Sequence record: KX397371.1
Reading direction: 5' to 3' (one strand)
DNA: 64,000 nt
The position numbers were made by a program, and so were the translations under genes. Under the pieces are notes generated by a model. It made no database searches, was not told where the DNA came from, and saw only the letters and a list, made by a program, of their open reading frames with translations. Below, piece by piece: positions 1 through 5,680 of this stretch; positions within the stretch are counted from its first letter, which is position 1; every line of letters begins with the position of its first letter.

Positions 1-474
1 ATGACCACGATTGCGTACGACGGGAAAACGCTGGCGGCTGATAGCCAGACGACCCAAGACGGTATCCGCCTGTCGAACTCTGCGGTGAAAATCTTTTCAG
101 CCACACATCGTGACTGGGCAGTCGAGGGGAAACGCATTGTCGCTTTCGGTGTAGCCGGTAATCTCCACGCCGCTAACGACCTCCGCAACGCAATGGAAAC
201 GTTTGCTGGCCACAAATCCGGTGACCCGTTTGCCAAAGGTGTGACGTTCGCGTTTATCGCCATTGCCGAAGACCACACCGTGTTTGTTGGCGGGAAGTAT
301 TCCGACGATGACCGTTCGTGGGTTGTCGAAGCACAAGCACCGGTTGCTGTTGGCAGTGGTGGTGATTTCGCCATAGGTGCCATGGCCGCAGGGGCCAAAG
401 CCGAAGACGCTGTGAGGATTGCATCGAAGTTTGATGTGAACACCAACGATTCGGTTACCTCCATCGATTGTTAG
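1..474 (+). CDS. HslV/proteasome-beta-like Ntn-hydrolase (putative Thr protease)
   Basis: N-terminus M-T-T-I-A-Y-D-G...AADS exposes Thr after Met removal; downstream GSG motif (VAVGSGG) typical of proteasome beta/HslV. Confidence 0.7.
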   Translation: MTTIAYDGKTLAADSQTTQDGIRLSNSAVKIFSATHRDWAVEGKRIVAFGVAGNLHAANDLRNAMETFAGHKSGDPFAKGVTFAFIAIAEDHTVFVGGKYSDDDRSWVVEAQAPVAVGSGGDFAIGAMAAGAKAEDAVRIASKFDVNTNDSVTSIDC

Positions 475-486
475 GGAGTTTCACAG

Positions 487-825
487 ATGTCTTCTCACGA
501 TAAACCGCTGATGCTGATTTACAATATCCAGTACACGCTGGATGAAATCGCCAACGCGTTGGGTAACACCCGGATTCCCAATATCCCGATTCTGAAGGAA
601 GTTGTTAGCAACGTTCAGATTCACCAATGGGATGGGACTAACCACTGTACCGTAGCCGTCGTTACCACCCGCGGTCATGTCTGCACGATGGATACATGGC
701 AAGAACCTAACGCAGAAAACCTGCACCGTGTTCTGAACGGTGCGTTGGAACACGCGTTGAAGAATGCAGCTCGGGCGTGGCTCGGTTCGCAAATCAACGG
801 TCTGTCCGACAACGTAGCGTTCTAA
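487..825 (+). CDS. hypothetical protein
   Basis: 112-aa ORF with GGAG SD directly after the upstream gene. Confidence 0.75.
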   Translation: MSSHDKPLMLIYNIQYTLDEIANALGNTRIPNIPILKEVVSNVQIHQWDGTNHCTVAVVTTRGHVCTMDTWQEPNAENLHRVLNGALEHALKNAARAWLGSQINGLSDNVAF

Positions 826-833
826 AAAAGTCT

Positions 834-858
834 AATTACAAGAATACCTTGTGATATG
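834..858 (+). promoter_or_regulatory. phage middle/late-type promoter (AATTAC-N15-TATG)
   Basis: AATTAC 834-839 and TATG 855-858; same spacing at 3745, 4119 and 60457; resembles phiKZ nvRNAP promoter elements; lies upstream of tRNA-Trp. Confidence 0.65.
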
Positions 859-882
859 CTGAGAAGCACGTAAATGAATTTT

Positions 883-958
883 GGGGGTATAGTTCAATTG
901 GCAGAATGTCGGTCTCCAAAACCGAAGGTTCGAGGTTCGAGACCTCGTGCCCCCGCCA
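883..958 (+). tRNA. trnW: tRNA-Trp(CCA)
   Basis: Cloverleaf: acceptor GGGGGTA/TGCCCCC, anticodon arm TCGGT-CTCCAAA-ACCGA, TTCGAGA T-loop, encoded CCA. Confidence 0.95.
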
Positions 959-960
959 AA

Positions 961-1046
961 TTCCAATCGCTCGATGACCCGGTCTGTCCATCTGGCCCGA
1001 GCAGTTCAACACCGCATAGCCGAAAGGCGTGAGTGATGGATTGGAA
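961..1046 (+). ncRNA. candidate small structured RNA after tRNA-Trp
   Basis: TTCCAATC (961-968) pairs with GATTGGAA (1039-1046); internal GCC-GAAA-GGC GNRA hairpin. Confidence 0.35.
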
Positions 1047-1054
1047 GAAACGTA

Positions 1055-1207
1055 GTGGCAAAGCAAAAAATTAATATCGTGGAAGGTCGTGATGGCGTGA
1101 AGTACGCCGAACGTAACGGTGTGGTGTGTCGATTAGACATGCCTACCCCTAAAGCGAAGAAAGAATTTAGCCAGCAGGAATGTGAGAAACCGCGGAAGAC
1201 CAAATAG
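1055..1207 (+). CDS. small basic protein (50 aa, GTG start; below ORF-track cutoff)
   Basis: Manually translated MAKQKINIVEGRDGVKYAERNGVVCRLDMPTPKAKKEFSQQECEKPRKTK*; GGAAG upstream; stop 19 nt before next gene. Confidence 0.55.
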   Translation: MAKQKINIVEGRDGVKYAERNGVVCRLDMPTPKAKKEFSQQECEKPRKTK

Positions 1208-1226
1208 TCAATCGCTGGAGAATCTC

Positions 1227-1448
1227 ATGAACCTGTATTTGCTAGAACGTCAAGACGATGTCGGTTACGACGAGTTTGATTCCATAGTCGTTGCAGCTCC
1301 TTCGGAGAATGTAGCGCGCGCAATTCGTCCAAGGGGAGGATGGGTACCTGATGTGGCATGGGATGATGTGGAAACACTGACCTGCGTAAACATCGGGGTG
1401 ACTCACCTTCCGACCGGTATCGTACATACCTCGTTCAACGCAGGCTGA
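1227..1448 (+). CDS. hypothetical phage protein (73 aa)
   Basis: GGAG SD before ATG 1227 inside ORF-track 1182..1448. Confidence 0.75.
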   Translation: MNLYLLERQDDVGYDEFDSIVVAAPSENVARAIRPRGGWVPDVAWDDVETLTCVNIGVTHLPTGIVHTSFNAG

Positions 1449-1451
1449 ATA

Positions 1452-1469
1452 GGTGGGCTTCGGCCCACC
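1452..1469 (+). terminator. GC hairpin with UUCG loop (terminator or processing hairpin)
   Basis: GGTGGGC-TTCG-GCCCACC; weak U-tract. Confidence 0.5.
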
Positions 1470-1611
1470 AAACCTTCTGTCTCGCCCGACAGATATACTT
1501 TACAAAAAACCCGTAGAGCCTTTCGGGGGTGAAGCTAGTTGGAGTGGTTGTTCACTCTACGGTCTTCTACTCCTGGGCGCTGGCTCACCCACCTAAAGGA
1601 TAAAAAGAATT

Positions 1612-2037
1612 ATGTTCGGTCTTTTCAAAAAACGCGCTAACCGTGCTATGTCTGAAATCAAAAAATTCGACAAACGTGACCTGGCTGAAGCCGTGGTTAA
1701 CGCCGCTTACCTGATTGCGTACGCGGATGGCGAGCTGGAATCTTCTGAGAAATCGAAAATCGATCAGGTGCTGCGTGCCAACCCGGTACTGTCTAACTTC
1801 CAGTCCGAGCTGAACACAATTGCTTCTACAATCATCGCTCAGCTGGAAGCGGACATCGACATCGGTCGTCGTGCTGCCCTGCGCCAGATTGCTGATGTGA
1901 AAGGCGACCAGCGCGAGTGTGAAGACGTGCTGGATGTGGCAACTGCCATCGCCCGTGCTGATGGCGAAATCGAACCGGCAGAAGTTGAAATGCTGAAACA
2001 GATCGCCGAAGCGCTGGGTCTGCGTTACGACGCGTAA
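1612..2037 (+). CDS. terB: TerB-family (tellurite-resistance-like) protein
   Basis: Duplicated AYADGELESSEK / ARADGEIEPAE motifs characteristic of TerB; 141 aa. Confidence 0.85.
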   Translation: MFGLFKKRANRAMSEIKKFDKRDLAEAVVNAAYLIAYADGELESSEKSKIDQVLRANPVLSNFQSELNTIASTIIAQLEADIDIGRRAALRQIADVKGDQRECEDVLDVATAIARADGEIEPAEVEMLKQIAEALGLRYDA

Positions 2038-2040
2038 GCC

Positions 2041-2223
2041 ATGAAGCTGAAAACCAAGTTATACATCGGAGCCGCGTTGCTACTGATGCTGCTTGGCAAC
2101 TTCGTTGGGCGAGCCTTTACGTTAATCGCCTACGTAGCTGTAATCGGCGTAGTAGCCTATCTGGCCTGGCCTGTCATCAAGAAGTTTGCGGCGAAGTCGC
2201 AGGCGAAGGTGAAAGGCAAGTAG
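2041..2223 (+). CDS. small membrane protein (1-2 TM helices)
   Basis: 60 aa, two hydrophobic stretches and a basic C-tail; 3 nt after terB. Confidence 0.75.
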   Translation: MKLKTKLYIGAALLLMLLGNFVGRAFTLIAYVAVIGVVAYLAWPVIKKFAAKSQAKVKGK

Positions 2224-2289
2224 TAATTCGGTGCGGGGGTCGTTCCCTCCGCACCACCCTTTTATTCTCATCTAAAAATAGGTATAACC

Positions 2290-3129
2290 ATGAGAAAGGT
2301 GCTTTTCGGAATACTTGCAGCGTTGACGTTTAGCATGTCCGCAGTCGCGGCAGACGAAGTAGTGATTACCACAGGACAACAGGGCCTGACCTATAACTCG
2401 GTCTATGGCGTTAATCTGGCCGGTGCCATCAGCGAGTTCGGTACTCGTGCACGGGTCATCCCGTCGAAGGGGTCGTTAGACAACCTCGACAAAGTTGCCG
2501 CCGGTGAAGCCCAGATTGGTTTCACGCAGGCAGATGCTTTCCAGTTCTGGCGCGCTAAGCACCCGAACGAAGCGCAGAACGTTGACATCGTCGGTCAGCT
2601 GGCCCGTGAATGTGTCTGGGTCGCTGTCAAGAAAGATGGCAAAGTTAAAGATGCGAAAGATTTAACCGATGGCGTGAAAATCGCAGTCGGTGAACCGGAC
2701 TCTGGCTCCTACGCCAGTTGGCAATATCTGCAACAGTTGGTGAAAGAGTATTCCAAAGCGGAAACTTACGCCAAGGGCGGCATCCGTTCGTTGTCCAAAG
2801 TGGCAACGGGTGAATACGACGCATTCCTGTGGGTATCTGCGCCGGATAAAAGCAACAAATTCCTCGAAGCGGTCAATCAAGACAGTTCTGGTTTAGAGCT
2901 GATTGACATGAGCACATGGAACGTCAACGACAAACTGCCTAACGGCCAGTCTGTGTACACGAAAGAAACGGCCAAGACAGACAAGACCGCGTTCTTCGGT
3001 AAGAAAGTTGATGTTCCGTGCACCACCACACTCGTCGTGGCCAACACTGACGCTGGTGATGATCTGCTCGAAACCGTTTCTACCATCCTCCTGAAAAACA
3101 ATTCACGAGTGATGGGGGACAAAAAATAA
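2290..3129 (+). CDS. TAXI-family TRAP solute-binding protein
   Basis: N-terminal signal peptide (…MSAVAA/DEV); ITTGQQGLTY, SKGSLDNLDKV, IGFTQAD and AVGEPDSGS motifs fit the TAXI fold. Confidence 0.8.
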   Translation: MRKVLFGILAALTFSMSAVAADEVVITTGQQGLTYNSVYGVNLAGAISEFGTRARVIPSKGSLDNLDKVAAGEAQIGFTQADAFQFWRAKHPNEAQNVDIVGQLARECVWVAVKKDGKVKDAKDLTDGVKIAVGEPDSGSYASWQYLQQLVKEYSKAETYAKGGIRSLSKVATGEYDAFLWVSAPDKSNKFLEAVNQDSSGLELIDMSTWNVNDKLPNGQSVYTKETAKTDKTAFFGKKVDVPCTTTLVVANTDAGDDLLETVSTILLKNNSRVMGDKK

Positions 3130-3135
3130 AAATAT

Positions 3136-3735
3136 GTACTGACCCAGTGCATCTTTTCGGGCTGGGTAGGGTTAATGTCCCTACCTGCGCGGTGTTCGTT
3201 AAGGCTGGTAACGTTCGCTAAGACCTATCGCATACCCGTAAGCCGATAGCAGCCGGTTACACAAAGAACTATCCATGTGGTAGGTAACCGACCGTTCACG
3301 ATCTCATTAGGTGAGCAAATAATCTATGCAAGGACTTCTAGGATTTGTGCTCGACATGATGGGCAGCTTACGCCGCCTCATCAAGCAGTTACGAATCTGG
3401 AAGCTTGCCCATTACTGGTTTACAGGCGAAAAGGCATCTCGTGAGAGTGTGCCATGCAAACTGCGTATTTACATTAGTATGTTCACTGCGGTGAGCATAG
3501 GTCAAGCCCCGGAACGATAAGCCGGTCAGCTACGCCTGTAAAATACAATCTGAAAATCATAATGGGATTAAGTTCCCAGATTTGAAAAGGCGACTGTGTG
3601 TCGTCGGCGATAACCCCCCGTCGTGGACTCGGTTATCCCAAAGGTAATGTGAAAGGGGTTGGTGCTTGGAGACGCTAAGACCGGCGGATACGCTGGCTCA
3701 GAAGAAGAAGTCCATCAACCCCGTTCTCACCTGAG
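3136..3735 (+). ncRNA. candidate large ornate non-coding RNA (~600 nt)
   Basis: Region without a credible CDS, starting at a TATG; more than 10 stems including long-range 3419-3428/3533-3542, 3655-3663/3714-3722 and 3307-3312/3729-3734, plus loop pseudoknot GGACTTC/GAAGTCC. Confidence 0.7.
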
Positions 3736-3744
3736 TAACACCCT

Positions 3745-3767
3745 TTACAAGGCGTTACTTATATATG
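3745..3767 (+). promoter_or_regulatory. middle/late-type promoter (TTAC-N15-TATG)
   Basis: TTAC 3745-3748 and TATG 3764-3767; same spacing as the other copies. Confidence 0.55.
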
Positions 3768-3789
3768 CGAAAGCGAGGTGAACATGGGA

Positions 3790-4110
3790 ATGTATCGTGA
3801 AGGCCCTGAAAGCACGGTGAGTCACCGTAGTCATGATTACTCTGTGGATGCATTGCTGGATATAGCGGAACGCCATAGCCTCGTTCAAATTCCAGTGTCT
3901 AGAATAGAATGGATTTTAAACGAGACTACGCTCGATGACGAGCGGGTTAAGAATGCAGATACGGATTATCCAATAATCGTGCTGCACGAAGGAAGTTTGT
4001 ATATTGTATTAGACGGTGCCCATCGCCTTGCGAAGGCGGTAGCCGAAGGCAAAGACACCATCGCAGCCAAGATATTGGTGCCTGCGAATTTACCGAAACC
4101 GGTACGATAA
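3790..4110 (+). CDS. ParB/sulfiredoxin N-terminal-domain protein
   Basis: YPIIV...VLDGAHRLAKA matches the ParB/Srx DGxHR motif; GAGGTG SD 9 nt before ATG 3790. Confidence 0.7.
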   Translation: MYREGPESTVSHRSHDYSVDALLDIAERHSLVQIPVSRIEWILNETTLDDERVKNADTDYPIIVLHEGSLYIVLDGAHRLAKAVAEGKDTIAAKILVPANLPKPVR

Positions 4111-4116
4111 AAGTCT

Positions 4117-4141
4117 AATTACAAGTTTACACTGTATTATG
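4117..4141 (+). promoter_or_regulatory. middle/late-type promoter driving the tRNA/ncRNA cluster
   Basis: AATTAC 4117-4122 and TATG 4138-4141; upstream AAAGTCTAATTACAAG is identical to the promoter at 834. Confidence 0.7.
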
Positions 4142-4223
4142 TCGGAAACCCGATTTGATGTTGCACAGAGCGTTACGCTGCGGCGTTTGCTGGTGTGCAG
4201 GGTTAGGTCGGGATTCTGGCACC
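4141..4223 (+). ncRNA. rod-like small RNA ending in ACC
   Basis: Starts at the predicted +1 G; 4141-4156 pairs with 4205-4220 (one mismatch); TGCAC/GTGCA inner stem; followed by ACC. Confidence 0.5.
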
Positions 4224-4228
4224 TATTT

Positions 4229-4314
4229 GGCGGGTTACTCAAGCGGTCAACGAGAGCAGACTGTAAATCTGTTGCCTTCGGGCTTCGTAGGTTCAAATCC
4301 TTCACACGCCACCA
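4229..4314 (+). tRNA. trnY: tRNA-Tyr(GTA)
   Basis: Class II cloverleaf, CTGTAAA loop, long variable arm, CCA; G5·A68 and T·T mismatches. Confidence 0.9.
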
Positions 4315-4320
4315 AACAAT

Positions 4321-4538
4321 GGTACCTGTCACAGCAGCCCTTGAGGCTTACGCGATGATGACTGGTCGCCCATTTTACCGGGTAACACATTCCTGCCAGC
4401 GCGCTATTGCCGCGAAGGTTTGCCCCCGGTGTTGTGCGTTATTCGGGTCTACCCACCATCTGCGGATGGTGCGTTGATGTCTCGATATACGCCATAGGGA
4501 CGCCTTGAGAACTCCGTGAAATTCGGAGAGGTACCACC
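4321..4538 (+). ncRNA. tRNA-like acceptor/T module enclosing a ~180-nt structured insert
   Basis: GGTACCT (4321-4327)/AGGTACC (4529-4535) followed by ACC; adjacent 5-bp stem with 7-nt loop CTCCG-TGAAATT-CGGAG. Confidence 0.6.
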
Positions 4539-4540
4539 CA

Positions 4541-4609
4541 TTCTTGTGTTTCCTTATCCTGAAGACATTCGTAAGACAAATCCATTCATGGTCGAGGAAA
4601 CACAGAACC
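4541..4609 (+). ncRNA. small RNA element copy A (paralog of 5843-5913)
   Basis: 13-bp closing stem (1 bulge) TTCTTGTGTTTCCT/AGGAAACACAGAA then CC; interior shares TCCYGAA-GACATTC...CATGGTC with copy B. Confidence 0.6.
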
Positions 4610-4615
4610 TATTCA

Positions 4616-4691
4616 GGTGCTATCGTCTAGTGGCCGAGGATACTACCCTGTCACGGTAGAGACCGGAGTTCGATTCTCCGTAGCACCGCCA
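4616..4691 (+). tRNA. trnD: tRNA-Asp(GTC), copy 1
   Basis: Cloverleaf GGTGCTA/TAGCACC, CTGTCAC loop, GCCA end. Confidence 0.95.
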
Positions 4692-4699
4692 TTTTAAAA

Positions 4700-4775
4700 T
4701 GCGTCTTAGCTCAGTTGGTAGAGCGCTCCCCTGATAAGGGAGAGGTCACTGGTTCAAGTCCAGTAGATGCAACCA
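4700..4775 (+). tRNA. trnI: tRNA-Ile(GAT)
   Basis: Cloverleaf TGCGTCT/AGATGCA, CTGATAA loop, ACCA end. Confidence 0.95.
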
Positions 4776-4781
4776 AACACT

Positions 4782-4860
4782 GGTGTATGTAGTTCAGTTG
4801 GTTAGAATTCTGGCTTGTGACGTCAGAGGTCGGTGAGTTCGAATCTCCCCATACACCCCA
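4782..4860 (+). tRNA. trnH: tRNA-His(GTG)
   Basis: G-1:C73 pair, TTGTGAC loop, CCA end. Confidence 0.95.
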
Positions 4861-4867
4861 ATTTAAT

Positions 4868-4944
4868 AGTGCTGTAGTCGAGCGGTTTAAGACGCCTGCC
4901 TGTCACGTAGGAGATCGTGGGTTCAAATCCCATCAGCACTGCCA
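4868..4944 (+). tRNA. trnD: tRNA-Asp(GTC), copy 2
   Basis: Cloverleaf AGTGCTG/CAGCACT, CTGTCAC loop, GCCA end. Confidence 0.95.
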
Positions 4945-4950
4945 CATTAC

Positions 4951-5027
4951 ATTCCCGTCATCTAGTTGGTCCAGGATACGACACTTTCACTGTCGGTACA
5001 CGAGTTCGAATCTCGTCGGGAATACCA
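4951..5027 (+). tRNA. trnE: tRNA-Glu(TTC)
   Basis: Cloverleaf ATTCCCG/CGGGAAT, CTTTCAC loop, ACCA end. Confidence 0.95.
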
Positions 5028-5032
5028 TTTGT

Positions 5033-5123
5033 AGAGAATTGACTGAGTTGGTTTAAGGTGCTCCCCTGCTAAGGGAGTGTATGCGAAAGTGTACCATTGG
5101 TTCGAATCCAATATTCTCTGCCA
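5033..5123 (+). tRNA. trnS: tRNA-Ser(GCT)
   Basis: Class II cloverleaf AGAGAAT/ATTCTCT, CTGCTAA loop, long variable arm, GCCA end. Confidence 0.93.
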
Positions 5124-5161
5124 TGTTCTCTTGCTGTGGGAAATAGAAGCGAACGTAGAAA

Positions 5162-5240
5162 CGCCGGTTAGCTCAAAGCTTAGAGCGTCTCATCTTCGGA
5201 TGAGAAGGTTGGGGGCGCAACCCGAAATCCCTATCGGCAA
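5162..5240 (+). ncRNA. anticodon-less tRNA-like element (UUCG-capped anticodon arm)
   Basis: GCCGGT/ATCGGC acceptor, TA-GCTC...GAGC D arm, TCTCATC-TTCG-GATGAGA arm, enlarged T loop, no CCA. Confidence 0.6.
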
Positions 5241-5500
5241 CGGCCTGCTTGTCAGGATTAGAAACATCTACGTGGATGGGTACTTCTACAGCAAGAACAA
5301 AACAGTGGGAGCATTGTCCACTGTGACACCGGCAAAGGTTTCGACCTTGCGGGTTGGGCGGAAGCCCGATGTTCCCCCGAACGCTGGCCTTCTGGCCAAT
5401 ACAGTGAAAGCTTACCCTTGCCGATGATCACCTCTTCTGCTGCTGCCAACACACTGTATAACCAGAATCAGTCCTGCCTTAAATGGCAAGCGTTCACCCT
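5241..5500 (+). ncRNA. candidate structured RNA between tRNA-like modules
   Basis: Hairpins ACAGTGG/CCACTGT, AGGT-TTCG-ACCT, GGGC-GGAA-GCCC and ATACAGTG/CACTGTAT; no credible ORF. Confidence 0.45.
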
Positions 5501-5504
5501 TTAC

Positions 5505-5582
5505 GTTTCCTCAAGGCGGCTTGGGGTGTTATCTCTCGGCTCTGTTGGGTAACATCGTGGTTCAACTCCATGGGAAACACCA
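5505..5582 (+). ncRNA. tRNA-shaped RNA with canonical T loop and ACCA but no anticodon loop
   Basis: GTTTCCT/GGGAAAC then A-CCA; CAAG/CTTG mini D stem; ~9-bp arm with 12-nt loop; GTGG-TTCAACT-CCAT. Confidence 0.65.
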
Positions 5583-5588
5583 AACAAT

Positions 5589-5680
5589 GGCTCCGTAGCT
5601 AAATCGGTAGAGGCAGACTTTAATTAGTTCTCCAACGATTTTATAATCGCGTGGTGTAGGTTCAAGTCCTACCGGAGCAA
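5589..5680 (+). pseudogene. degenerate tRNA with two central hairpins and no CCA
   Basis: GCTCCG/CGGAGC acceptor and perfect T arm GTAGG-TTCAAGT-CCTAC; broken D stem; no 7-nt anticodon loop. Confidence 0.55.

Noticed and set aside
961-1046. Hammerhead ribozyme (CGATGA ... CGAAA)
   Set aside because: Core is CGATGA rather than CTGATGA, and the GAAA closes its own tetraloop; topology does not fit
3326-3520. 64-aa ORF inside the large RNA candidate
   Set aside because: Weak SD, no recognisable protein, and it lies across the strongest RNA stems
3136-3735. RNase P RNA or group I/II intron
   Set aside because: No GAGGAAAGTCC/CR-V match, no group II D5, and it does not interrupt a gene; a formal cmscan is still needed
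4139-4477. 112-aa and 67-aa ORFs over the tRNA-Tyr region
   Set aside because: They overlap a clear tRNA and structured RNAs; chance ORFs
4321-4538. tmRNA gene
   Set aside because: No G3·U70, no TTC T loop, too short, and no evident tag frame; kept only as an unknown tRNA-like RNA
5077-5427. 116-aa ORF
   Set aside because: Starts inside tRNA-Ser, has no SD, and crosses the tRNA-like element
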